From positions 16,802,001-16,866,000 of the forward strand of contig JAQFVV010000010.1 of NCBI GenBank assembly GCA_028023455.1: DNA of 64,000 bases, given 5' to 3'. This document shows positions 1-61,700 of the stretch, in pieces. How positions within the stretch are numbered: position 1 is the stretch's first letter; the number at the start of each line of letters is the position of its first letter. A model generated the notes under the pieces. It made no database searches. It saw nothing but the letters and a program-made list of their open reading frames with translations, and was not told the DNA's origin. This DNA comes from Epiperipatus broadwayi (Eukaryota > Animalia > Onychophora). Position numbers and translations under genes: made by a program.

Positions 1-456
1 TAGCAAAAATTGTTAGTAGCTTTTACATACTTATTTATTTGCATATCGTGAGTTTTGTAATAAAAATTTAAAATTAAAGGCTATAACAATTTTTTTCATA
101 GATAAATGATATCCAGAAATACATACACATTTATTCAAGCATACAGTGAAGGGAATTTAACAAGTTGTCATAATAGCAATGACATATGAAAATGGATCTA
201 TACTTTATTATTAATGATTATATATAACATGCATACATTTCAAAAGCAAGACTAATTATTTTCTGAAACCCATCAGTTTATTTTCATAAAAGTATTTGTA
301 AAAAAAATGACATTATTTTTTATGAAATGATTTCAAGGAATCCTACATATTTTACAAATTAAATAACAAATAATAAAGAAAATAATTTTAAAATTATAAT
401 TACTACAGCTAGAAAAAGCAATGAAAAATTAACAATTTGGACTAAACTAGCGCTGG

Positions 457-576
457 CCTGTCAAGCGTTGTTAGCCGAGAGATCATCGCAGCTGCCTTGC
501 AAGCAAGTAGTTGGTTGCAGACGGTTGTGGGTTCGCCTCCCAGCCGATGCTATGACACATGGGGAAAAGAAATAAA
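457..576 (+). mobile_element. Short tRNA-like SINE copy
   Basis: B-box-like GGGTTCGCCTCCC, then CTATGACACATG and an A-rich tail. Flanked by AAACTAG(C/T)GCTGG at 444-456 and 577-589 (13 bp, 1 mismatch). Similar to 52627-52731. Confidence 0.6.
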
Positions 577-2422
577 AAACTAGTGCTGGACTATCATCCA
601 AATGAGATTAATCTTATTCTAATAAAAAGATGATTTTTACCATATACTTTTAAAGCTATATAAATAAAGGTTATGAAATGAGGAGATGAAAAGTAAGTTG
701 GCAACAGCATTTCAGCCACAAATCATTTTAAGATACTATTAATATTCTTAAGATGGGGGGGGGCTGAAAATTGAAGGAGACTGCTAAAAGAATAATGTGT
801 ATCACTACTTGTGAGTATGATGTTCTAATGCTAAGTGATTTCTTATGAATTTTATCTTAAATATTCAGGATTATTTTTTAAAGTCTCCAATATAATGAAG
901 ATGCCATTGGCCATATTAAATGTAATAATTTAATTGGCAGACATTTAGTATTTCTGATATCAAGACTGAAATGCACACAATTCAGATAGTATAAAAAATC
1001 TTATATTTTCGCTCTATCGTTTATTGTGAAGGCAGTGAATATCAATTGTAAAATATTAATCAATGGTGACTGCTTACAACATGTACACAAAGCATCAATT
1101 CTAGAAATTTGTTGATAGAGACAAATGATTTTACAGATTGAAAGATATTTCATGATTAGTTCCGATATCTTCATGAATAAAAAATTAACTATCAGCAATG
1201 TGTCAAGGATAGGCACAGAAAAAAAGAAGGCATTTTATATACGCACAAGTGATTTCTGTAATTCCACTATTTTCTAGATAAGTTAAAAATCCTTTGTTTT
1301 TCAGTACAATCTGCTGCAGGATGTTTATTCTCAAAGTCGTACTTTGAACATTTTGATTTCCATACAGTTTTTGTAATGAATTTTTCACCCCCCCCCCCCC
1401 CAAACATCTCAGAAAAGCTTTCAGAAATTCGGCCAAATGGATAAGAAATTAATAATATCAGTATGAAACAGTTGCAATTTTTATGTTTTTTGATAATCAC
1501 TAAGAGTAGCTGCATCTCTTCTGATATTTCATGTAGTGATATTGCGAAAACAAGAATGTCTAAATACTGATGTGGTGTTAAATTGAATATATTAAAATGA
1601 TATATAAAGTGTCTCTCCAAACAGGAAGTATCGTGATATTACATACAAAAACAATGACCACATAACGTCAGCCAATTCTTTAATTAACATATTGTAAGCT
1701 TGTTGGGACATTCTTAATTCAACAATATATTTAAGTAGATTAGATAAAATTGATGCTTAATTTTGATTTAATAAAATTATATTGGATTCGTTTTTTGTTA
1801 CCTTGTTATAAAAACAAAATGTAGAAGAAGCAGATGTTTGAGGATTAGATATTAATTCCAGTTTAAAAATTAAGTCTAGGACAATCTTAAGAGTCAATAT
1901 ATCTACAGAAATGAATTTCCTACTTATATATATGTGTTACACCACAAACAAAAATATTAAAAAAAGTAAACGAACGAAAGAACATTGTAATAGATCTTTT
2001 TGCAAAATTAAAGATTTTTGCCATCAAAAATTATTTGATCAAATAAAAATATCATTTTCCTATCTCTTAATTTTTCCTTATTTTGAAAACTACATTTTTT
2101 ATCCAATAAAGTCTTATACCACAGAGATGAAAGAAGCTCCTGTTTTTAGATTTGATTAGAAAACTATTTTCATGAAGATAAGAGCTAGCAGGTCTGTCAT
2201 AGGAATTTTTATGTATATGAATGCTATCTTGTCCTATGGGGAGATATAAAGTTTAGAAGAAAAAGAAGAACACATGCTCAATGAGTTTATAAGAAGTGCA
2301 TAATAAATCAATGTGAATGGGCAATAGTTTTTAACAATTATGAAAGCCTTCAATTTAACAACTGCTGATACATTCAAATATTACCCTAATTTAGACAAGT
2401 TTTCAATGGTGAATGATAAGAA

Positions 2423-2715
2423 TATATATTGCTTATAACACTTTTTTCATATACACTTCAATGCAAACAAGTTTTCTTAAAAACTTCTTTATTTTCCTAG
2501 CAGTTTCGACTGTCCAGTAGTCTTCATCAGAGCTCTAATCTTCTTCTGCGATGAAAACTGCTGGACAGTCGAAACTGTAAGGAAAATAAAGAAGTTTTTA
2601 AGAAAATTTGTTTGCATTGAAGTGTATATGAAAAAAGTGTTATAAGCAATATATATATATGATTATATGAAGATATGCAAAGAAAATGAAAGAGAAGAAT
2701 AAGAGAATATACTTC
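2423..2715. mobile_element. Inverted-arm HHR-bearing retroelement (PLE/retrozyme-like)
   Basis: Arms of about 110 bp are inverted head-to-head. The plus arm carries an extra tail of about 58 bp. Perfect TSD TGAATGATAAGAA at 2410-2422 and 2716-2728. Minus strand reads CTGATGA-A-GACT-actggac-AGTC-GAAA-CTG. Confidence 0.75.
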
Positions 2716-3876
2716 TGAATGATAAGAACTTGGCTAAAATCCTTGATGAGTGAAAGTTTTAAGAGCATCCCAAGAAAGGCTCTATTTATTACTCCACTAG
2801 TGATTTGTGATAAGTTACAATTTGCAAAAGAAGTTTATTATACTTTTTATTGCTTTTATAAAGAATGAAAAAATAGTCAGCGAACAATTTTGGTCTGTAA
2901 ACATTTTCTATTCAAAATTTACTAAGCAGAATAATGCTCCACTACTTGACTACATGACTTTAAGAAACACATGAATTCTATTCCATCTTTACTTTCTAGA
3001 TTCAAATTCTCTAAAGAATTTTTCACATTCCAGATTCAACTTAACTAAATACTTTCTTACTTTTTTATAGTAGGATTCATTTTTAGCTTACCTACAAATC
3101 AAGTGTCTGGAAATGTATTTTATTTAAATTAACATGTTATAGTGATTTCTTGAATCCTAAAAACATAGCTCACAGACCCAAACCTGTTCACCTGTAAGTC
3201 ACAAACATATCCTATGCTAATTATAAAATACTGAGAAATTGAAAACAGAGATCATCAATATTTTTCTCTAATTGCAAACTATGTTTAATTTCAAACATCT
3301 AATATATATATATATAAAGAATATAGTCTTCAAGAGCTTTATTTGATGACTATTATAATAGGCCAGAAGTAAAGGCAGCATTATATTGCACTCATGCTTT
3401 GTTCTACAGAGGAGCAAGAACGTTCATCTGATTAATCAACCTTGAAGGCATTACATTCCAACTAGGATTGACTGTTATCCATTTATTGACAATATTAAAT
3501 AGTTGGAGAACAAACTCAGAAAAGATTTCCAAGATCCGGTTAGATTTGAATTCTATAAAACACACGCAATAAGCGGAGTTAATTAACTAGAACACTGATG
3601 GCTTTTACTACGAGCTTAAAGTTTTTACTTTTTTGTTGTAATAATAAGTTCTAATCCAAATTTCCAGACTAGATTTTCTAGGGGAAAAAATGAATCAGTT
3701 TATTAACTAGTTAATTTTATATAGAAGGTTAACTGCTCTTCACAATACAGTATTGAAAGGAAACAAAATCAATAACGCATTCAATGTAAGAATTACTTTC
3801 AAATTTTAGTTGTTATTGGATTTTATTTTTAGTAATTTGTCTGAAAATTTTTTATTGCATAAAAATAAATTATTTA

Positions 3877-51838
<47,962 letters not shown>

Positions 51839-52626
51839 CTGAAAAATAAAAACGTACACAATTACCAAATACATAAATAAATTTATTTTTAAAAAATATC
51901 CATATGCTCATATATTTACCAAAAAATATATTTAAGGTATAATAAAAACACATATACAAACAATACTGACTTAACATTATCTTGATGATAAAAACAAAAG
52001 CAAAACAATAATTAATATCTTTGAAGACAAAATTTCATACGATGAAGACTTTTCTACTTACGAAATTAGAAAGCAAATCACATTTGAGAAAATAAAAAAA
52101 AACAATACTACTCAAGAGAGCTATTTAATATATAATTAGTTCATATTTTCTTAGTAATGTTCATTTAAAGTCCAATCATGTGAAATTTTCATGCAGTTTA
52201 ATACAAAATAATGAGGCATGACATTTACTTTATAAATTGTGGCAGCAACTGTAATACAGTGGAAATATTGCACTCTTTTTGTTATCAAATGAGTTAATGT
52301 GCATAAGTGAATTAACATATGTGTAAAATTACTAAATTGTAGGCTGAATTCTAGATGAGAGCAATATTTAAGATCTCTAAAAAATATTCAGTCATGTGAC
52401 AAATAATATATTCTTGAATTTAAATATAAAAATAATTGAAATATTTTTTCCATAACCAGAACATTTTTCAAATATGAGCAGATTGCAAATCCAATGTGTG
52501 AAAAAATAATGACTTTGTATGTATGTTAAGATTTCTGCTTGAAGGTAGCTATAGAATAAGACAGTGAAAGCTATGACCAAATGATAACATTTGATCATTA
52601 GTGGTTACACTGTTTACAAAACTTAA

Positions 52627-52731
52627 GCATTGGTGGTCGGGAGGTCAGCACAGCTAGCTGCCTTACAAGCAGTTGTCCCGGGTTAGTGGGTTCACTTCCC
52701 GGCTGATCCTATGACACATGAAAAAAAAAAA
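52627..52731 (+). mobile_element. Short tRNA-like SINE copy
   Basis: TGGTGGTCGGGAGG (A-box-like), GGGTTCACTTCCC (B-box-like), CTATGACACATG and poly-A. Homologous to 457-576. Confidence 0.6.
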
Positions 52732-54374
52732 CCCTCTCTCAACAAATGTATTCTAACAACTTAATTTTAGATTTATATCATAAACTTATATGAGATCTTA
52801 CATCATTAAAATGCAAAATTTTGCAGTTTTTCACCTGATTTTTAATGTCTATTCTTTTCTTGCGCCATTCTTACAGGAAAAAAAAAAAAACTGAATCAAA
52901 CTAACAGAAGGACAGTATTTTATTGTTTCTACAGAAAAATCTATATTATATTTTCATGACATTTTACCAACCTCAACCTTTTGGTATGCTCTCTGAAATA
53001 AATATAAAAATGTTTAAAACTGAAAAAAATCAAGCGATAGCCTTATGAGTTGTTACCACTTCCTAATTTGAGAGATACATACCATGAAGATAATTTGAAT
53101 TAGAATAATATTACTGGAATATTTGCCAGACTAAAAATAGATATTACTATTATTTACTTAATGTTGATGCTAAGTAAGCACTCAATTAATCATTTTTTTT
53201 AAAGCTAAATATAACAAACTACAATAATTAAAAATACACAGGGGGCCTTAGAGAAAAGTAATAAAAAAATGTTTTTATGTTAAATTTTTATAATTTGAAA
53301 TTAATTTAAAACATTTTTTCCTCTCATAAATATTAAATAAAGTAAAAAAAAAAAAACTAGCTATTTCTAAATCTATATCAATTAAAAATATTGCATAAAG
53401 CTCTCATAAATGATATATTTTGATAAATGTACATAAGTTTGAAAGCAGTTATTAATAAAACACAATATGATTAAAGTGTAGCTTAGTTTATTAAAACTTT
53501 TCGATGAATAGAAAATTATTATTAATTTTATATTAAGAAAGTTCCAGTTAGATTGACGTCTTATTCTTAATAAAACAATACATTATATACAAGTCATATT
53601 TATATGCTTAAAATTCAATTTTCATTAACTTTAGTTAATATTACAGATAGACTGTAGTTAGTGCAAGTTCAAATAGTGGAACATTTGATTAATGCAACTT
53701 ATAAGAATAATACCACTTTGCATTAAGTATTGGCAAAATTCAATTAATGATAACTGCAAATGCAGACAATATTACCAATCAAAGTTCTTGTTTATCATGA
53801 CACCAGTTAATAACTATGTTAACCAAACATTTCACTTGTCTTATTCCTCACTTTTGTTTTTGTGTTGTTTTTCTTTTTAAAAAATGCTGCTAATCAAAAC
53901 AGATAAAATTAAAAATACTTCAAATAGTAATATCATCACTATCAAAAACAATAATAAAAAAAAAGTTTTGTGACTACTTTGCAACAGCAACAAATTTATG
54001 ATACAAAAGAAGGAGAAGACAGTTCACATTTATTAATATTTTTTTTTTGAAAATAATTTTTAATACAAAACTTGAAAAAAATTACTTTTTTGCTTTTACA
54101 TTACATTATTAAACAAATTAAAAATTTATGATTAAAAAAGAATAATATATTTTTGCTATCCTTCACTGTTATAAATTAGTAAATAAGTAAAAAATATTTA
54201 AAAAATTACTATCCATATTTTCAGAGAGTTGAAATGAATTACAATTTATATGCAATTAGAACTTCAAACAATGTGACTTTTCTCAAAACAGATTGCTCGC
54301 ACTAATCACAACCTATATATATTTTACATTTTAAAATAAATATATATTGATTAATGATAAGAAAAATACTAAAA

Positions 54375-54770
54375 TTTGTCATTTACGTTCTTTATTACTT
54401 TTACAATGCTTCATATAATTGCCACCCACTACTGATGGTTTGCTCCAGCAAACTTATTCAGTTCTGAAAAAAATTGCTGTGGCAATCAAAGTCGTCAATA
54501 GTGGGAGGTAATCATATGAAGCATTGTAAAAGTAATAAAGAATGTAAATGATATTAATATTATATGGATTTGGCAATGCAATAAGAAATTCATAAAAAAG
54601 ATAAAGAAAGTTAAGACTTGAAAATGTAAGTAAAAGTTCTGAAGAAGATTGCTGGGCAGTCGAAACTGTCAATAGTGGGTGATAATTATAAAAAGCAATG
54701 TAAAAGTAATAAAGAATATAAATTATATTAATATTATATGGATTTGGCAATGCAATATGAAAGATAAAGT
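54375..54770. mobile_element. Tandem dimer (about 175-bp period) plus inverted piece, with HHR-like core
   Basis: Units are offset by 175 bp (CTGAA at 54464 and 54639). 54378-54435 is an inverted copy of the unit's post-cleavage part. 54639-54670 reads CTGAAGA-A-GATT-gctgggc-AGTC-GAAA-CTG-TC. Confidence 0.65.
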
Positions 54771-56602
54771 TATAAAACATTATACAATTACTATTAAACT
54801 TTGAATGATCTAGAATATTAATTAAACCATGTTTTTTCCATCAAGAGACAAGAAAAACAACAATAATATATTGGCTTATTGATCACTAATAATTTATTTT
54901 AATTGTAAGCTTTATATTGTAAAGGCAACTGATTTTATTATTATTATTTTACATATTTATAAAGTTCAGTATTATCGAATATTGTTTTCTAAAATAAAAA
55001 TGTATTACGGTACCTATTTAAAACAATCATATGGTTATCCAAAAATAATTAAAAAAACAAACAGAAAAGAGCTCTTCAAATGAATTATTAGTAAAAAGTT
55101 AAAATTTTATTTGTGTCTGCAAAGTTCTAGAATTCATAATTATACATACAAAATGGAGATTGTAATAATTTCAAAATGAGAATAAATAAAATAAATGGAG
55201 TTCTAGCTAAAGAATTCAAAGTCTATCATAATTTATTTCTCTAAATGAGCAAAATGGAAATTAATAATTATAACTCCACCAAATAGAACAAATAAAAATA
55301 GTATATACAGAATGCATAAAAATTCTACATAAAAGTGTATAGTTGATATGGTTTGAATAAAATTGTCTCAATATGCAGAATTACGATAAGTAATAAATTG
55401 TCAAACTGGATTTGCACTAATTTAAAATAAGTATTTGTCTTTCTTATTATATACATATAACTTAAAGGCTAAATTTATAATTTTAATTCTAAAATAATAC
55501 ATCTTACTAAAAATATTAATATTAAATTATCTCAACACTCTATATTCGTTATTAACTTTCGATTAATATTATTTATCTAAAATTAAGTTTTGTGTATAGA
55601 CACTTTAAAGATATTTAAAATCACTTAAATCTGATTGCTGTCTCATTCACAAATAAAAAATTACTTAACAAACTCCATCAAATTTAATTAAATACTTTTA
55701 ATACTAAAGTAAAGAGTGCATTTTCCTCTTCAATATGTTTGTTTCATCAATATTATTATTTCTCATTATATACACCTTTAACCAGGTCACTAAGCTCAAC
55801 TGATTTCTCAAAATGCCTAATAAATAAGTTCTTATGGGAAAAAATGAATTCGCTACTTTTAAATTCAAAATATATAAAAATCCAATTAAAAAAAAACAAA
55901 GCTCGCAATTAAATAAAGTGTTAATTAATGAATAAACATTTTACTAAGCTTGTTATTAATAAGAAAAAGTACTAATCTGTTAGTAAATATATTGTATTAC
56001 AAAAATATAATTTCTTCACTGAGTCTCCATTTTATTTTTTATGTAGTCAGAGAATGATATCCTGAATCAAAAATCATTAGATTAAAATAAAATATGTAGA
56101 AAAAAAATGGCGTACTTTGTTCTATTATCAAAGTTTATTACTTTTATAAAAATTAATCAATAGAACTTTAAATTTTTTTTTGCAACACTGTAATTTTTTT
56201 AAAAGTTAATAGTTTGAAAAATTTATTTTACCGTAAATGCAGCCAAAATTAAATAAAAATCAGATTTAAAAAATCTTTTAAGTTTTTTTTATACTATATT
56301 TTTTGTTTATCATAAAAGTCACCATTGTCTTGAATATATTAAAAACAAATTATGAGATTACTGATTTAAATGTGAGCAAATAAATGATATTATTTTAAAT
56401 TTAGTTTAATAACCTTTATTCATATAAAACTGATTATTAACTGAATAATGAATAAATCTTGTTTTTTAAAATCAAAATAACTTACAATTATAATGATGTA
56501 TTTCACAATTGCAAATATATTTTTAGTTATAGGCAAATTAATGTTTGTAAGAATGTATTTTACATAAGTTAAATCAAAATTACATAAAAAAATGTAATGT
56601 AT

Positions 56603-58548
56603 TGTACTCGCCCCATCGCCGTCTTCCTTACCGAAAGCCCAGTAAAGTCACGTCCTTTATATCTGGACGCTTTTGCCGTACTCCTACGGAGACATTCTCG
56701 TGTTTTGGTTGATGGTTCACTTCTATGAACCCGCTGTGTTCTTGCATCTGGGGAATTACATAATGTTCTGTGAAGATAATTTCAAACACATATACACGTA
56801 CGCTTTATTTATTTTATACGTAAATTCGGATTGAATCCAAGTAGTAGGCGCCAGGAGAACTTTTATAAGAGTCCGCCACGTATGTGCATAAGCTCACTCA
56901 ACTATATCACAAAACATGCCCGTGCATCACTCCAGTCGGAAGCAAGAAACGAACACAGCCTATATCGCCTTTCAAATTACATCGTATATGTGATCTTTCA
57001 ATCACGATCAATCAGACTTATCATATGAGGGCCCGCCCTATATCCCACAGAATAAATTAATCAAAACTTAATATTAATCTAAGAGAGTATAATAAACATA
57101 AATATAATCAAATCCCAACACCAAAATATCAAATGCATTCATTCATATACAAACAAATTTGATCGCTCCGGCACTCATTCCCTATTATATAAATTTATGT
57201 TGAAATTCCAAGCAATTAATAACAAAATACTAATTAAATAAATGTTTTATTTTAATCTGTTTAGTAACAATTCATGCAGGTATATGACCGGCAAGCCGAG
57301 ACAATTTAAATATAGATTTCAAGGTGACTTCGCACATATTTTAAAGAATGTTAATCTGTAGGCAAACTTATTTGGTTAGGTTCTCGAATCGTTCATTACT
57401 GGTCATGAGAAACTTTATCATTTTAGCTTAATGTTTTAATAGTTCTGGTTTTTAAAGTTATTTTACTTTGGTGCATAAGTGAATACGACAATTTAAAGAT
57501 AGCTACCTGTGGAACGTAGAAAGACTGTAAGAGGGATCCTGAGCGATGATTTCTTCTTTAACGAAGCATTCTGGCAATTTGCAAGGTCTCAAAAGCGTGT
57601 GAGGTCCTTATGTGAAGTTTCTCCGGTGTTACAAGCATCCTAGGGGCAATCAGCTGAGCTGGACGCGGAGGTCCGGCGGTCAAGCCACGAATTTTATGTT
57701 CAGCAACGCATCTCCGTTATATTTCAACACGAAAGTTAGATTTTATTTCTTCTAATTCTAATTTTTTAATAATTTAAAAAACGCTGTCCGGCCTTTTTGA
57801 TCTCTTCCTTCCCGCCCTTACACCTTGAATTTTTTTCACCCAATCACTCCCATGCACCTGTGAGTCCCTTCATCTTATAAGTCCATCGAGTATTAACTCA
57901 ATTCAGTGATTTCTGGGATCGTTTACACCACTTTGGAATTTAACTCAATTTGACCACTTTTTCAGGTATTGTTTCGCTGGAGACAGAAGTCTGAGTTGTA
58001 CAATAGCAGTGTACACTTTTTCTCACCTCTGTTTCTAAATTCGGCTTATTTTATCTAGGCGTACAAACGCATATCCTGCCTATTGTTTCAATTTCTCTAA
58101 TTTTACATTTACTAATTACCCCCATTTAAAATAATTTTAGATCGCTTGGAATTTCAGAACATACTGCAAATTAATTAATTCATTTTTCCCTTTTGTTCAA
58201 AATGACTCAAATGATTTAATAAAAAAATGTCAAACTTGCGTTCAATCATTCATCTTTCTTTTTAATTAAAAAAATGCAAAAAAACTTACAACTAATGATT
58301 ACAGATTTATTCTTAAAAAAAAAAACAAAATAATAAAAAAAACTCTTTTACTTTTTTATTTCAATAAATATGACAGGTACTCTTATATAGCTGCGATCAT
58401 GCTTTAGAAACGGCTGTTTCTCGTTTATTATTAAAGTAAGACCGCTTTTTTAAAAGTTTTGTTCCTGCCATTCATTTCGTCAATTGAATATGTTTAATAT
58501 AACCTCATATGCTTGGGTTCAAATCCCATGTAATGCTATTCCGTTACA
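56603..58548 (-). mobile_element. Solo-LTR-like element 3 (1.95 kb)
   Basis: TGTAC...TTACA termini with TSD GTAT at 56599-56602 and 58549-58552. Minus-strand start TGTAACGGAATAGCATTACATGGGATTTGAA resembles the start of element 2. TATAAAA, CTGGCGCC and AATAAAG occur near its 3' end. Confidence 0.72.
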
Positions 58549-58784
58549 GTATGGCTGAAGTTTTAGTAATGTAAACGATTATACTTTTTTTTTGCCATTA
58601 CTGGTTTTTTTTTTTTTTAAGTTCATGATGCAAGTTGCCATTATCTTGAATATGTCAGAAACAAATTATGAGATTGATTAAAATTAAGCAAATAAATGGT
58701 ATTTTAAATTTATATTTAATAATTTTTGATTACATAAATTGCATAATGCACAAAATCTTTTTTTTTTTTCAAAATAACTTACCA

Positions 58785-61700
58785 CAGGGGTCCCCAACCC
58801 TATGCCTGTGGGCACCATGGCGCCTGCAGACCATTTTACATGCGTCCGCCGCTATCCGAACACGATAAAAATTTATTTATAAATTATTGTATTATCTTCA
58901 TCTTCTCTTCATCAACCATTATCAATCCACTGCAGGATGAAGGTCTCTCCAAGTTTAATCCATCTTGTCCGATCTTTAGCATCTCTTCTCCACAATACCC
59001 CTGCACATTTTCTTATTTCATCCATCCATCTCACATGTGGTCTCTTTCTGGGTCTTTTACAATCTCTTGGAATCCAGTTTAAAATTTCAATTGTCCATCT
59101 ATTATCATCTCTTCTAGCAATATGTCCAGCCCAACTCCATTTCAATCTTTTAATTTTTTCAATAAGGTCAGTAACACCAGTTTGTTGTCTTACCCATACA
59201 TTGCGTTTTCGATCTCTTCTTGTTACTCCCAACATACATCTCTCCATACTCCTTTGAGTGGTCTGAAGTCTCTGTATTGCTCTTCTATTAAGTGTCCAAG
59301 TCTCAGATCCATAAGTAAGAACTGGTAAAACACATTTGTTAAAAACCATCCTTTTCAAACACATAGGCATATTTCCTTTTAGTATCAAGTTATTTCTACC
59401 AAAAGCACTCCAACCAAGTTTAATTCTATGATTAATTTCCTCCATTATGTTTCCATCTGTATTAATAATCTGACCAAGGTATTTGTAACTGTTAACTTCT
59501 TCTAATTCTTCATAATCAATCTTTATTTTCATATTTTGAGCAAATCGATTAAACATTACTTTAGTCTTTTTAACATTTATCTTTACTTTCATCTGCTAAC
59601 TCCTGCAACATTTCCTGCAGCTCTGAAGCATTATTTGCAAAAACAACTACATCATCTGTGAAATCTAAATGACTTAAATACCCTCCATTTACTTTCACTC
59701 CTTTAGTTTCCCATTTTAATCCACAAAATACTTCTTGCAGCACTGCTGTAAAGAGTTTTGGAGATATGGAGTCACCTTGTCTTACACCTTTCTCAATGTT
59801 GATTTTTCCAGTATCATTATGTAATCTAATTGTTGCTGTTGCATTTTTATAAATATTCTTTAAAATATGACAATATCCTGGATCTATACCTTGATGATCC
59901 AATGCTTTAATCACTGAAGAAATGTGTATAGAATCGAATGCCTTTTCATAATCTACAAATCCAAAACATAATAACAACTCATATTCGTTTGTCCTTTCTA
60001 TGACTTCTCTCAATACCTGGATATGATCTATTGTACTAAAACCACTTTTAAATCCAGCTTGTTCTCTTGGTTGGTGGAAATCCAAAGTTCTCTGTAGACG
60101 AGTTGTAATTATCTTGGTAAAATTTTTATATAAAACTGATAAAAGGCTGATAGGTCTGTAATTTCTAATATCTTTTTTATCACCTTTTTAAAATATTAAT
60201 ATTATTACTGCATTCTTCCAATCTTCCGGTACATCTTTATCATTTAGACATTTGGTATATAACTTTGCTAAAATTGTTTCTATTTCTTCACCTGCTTCTT
60301 TTAATATATCAATTATAATTCTATCATTTCCTGGAGCCTTTCCTTTCTTCATACACTTAATTGCATGTCTCACTTCTTCATTTAAAATTCTGGGCAATTC
60401 GGAAAATGTAATAGATATAGGAGGTACTTGTTCTTTATTACTATATAATTCTTGATAAAAATCTTCTACCAATTTCATGATGTCATCTCTCTTTTTAGTA
60501 ATAATTCCATCTTTTTTTCTTATTGCAGATATAAATTTCCTACCAATACCAAAATGTTGTTTAACATTTTTGAGACTTTTATTTTCTTCTACAGCTTTCC
60601 TTGCTATTTCACAGTTATACTTTCTTATATCATTTTCAACTCTTTTCCGTACCATTTTACAAAATTCGAGATATTCAATTCTTTTTATTACATCATTTTT
60701 GTATATCTTCATATTCCTTCTTTTCTTCATAAATTCTCTAGTCTCAGTAGAAATTTTATTAGTCAATTGCTGCTTTTTTCTACCAGCTATGTTTGTTGCA
60801 GTTTTTAAAAGTGTATCAGTTATTTTCATATTAATTTCATTCAAATCTGAATCATGTTCAAAATCTCATAACACTTGAAACCTATTTGTAAGTTCTAATT
60901 TAAATTCATTAGAATGTTTCTGAAGATTAGAAATATCAACTGTAAATATTGTTTTTCTTAATAATTTTTGTCTCTCTAGTTTTACAATAACACGTAACTT
61001 ACACCTTACTATTCGATGATCACTTCCCGTGTTAAATTTATTAAGAACATTACAATTTTGAAATATGTATTTTCTGTTAGTCAAAATATAATCCAATTCT
61101 GCTGTACCTTCATTTGGATGCTTCCATGTCCATTTCCTTTTAACATTTTTCTCAAAAAATGAATTCATAATATAAAGTTTTTCTTTTTCTGCAAACTCCA
61201 CAAGTCTTTGTCTCTCTCATTTCTATTACCATAACCAAAATTACCTACAGCAATTTCATCTTTCATTTGTCTACCAATTCTAGCATTAAAGTCTCCCATA
61301 ACAATTTTAAAATGCTGTTTACTCTGATCAAAGGCCTTTTGTACATCCATATAAAAATCTTCTACTACTTCATCACTATGAGAACTTGTTGGGGCATAAA
61401 CCTGAATTATCTGCATTTGGTATCTGCTATTAAGTTGTATAACTAATCTTGCCGCTCTGTCCGATACACCATCAATCTCCACAATATTGTTCTTCCACTT
61501 TTTATTTATAATGAATCCTACTCCACTTGTATTTCCAATATGTGTGCCTTTATAATAGAGTATATGTCCACTTTTTAAATCAATTGTTTCTTCTCCTTTT
61601 CTTCTAACTTCACAAAGTCCAATAATGTCCCATTTAATATAAGACAGTTCTTCTTCTAATTCTTGCAATCTTCCTTCACTTGAAAGTGATCTGCAGTTGT

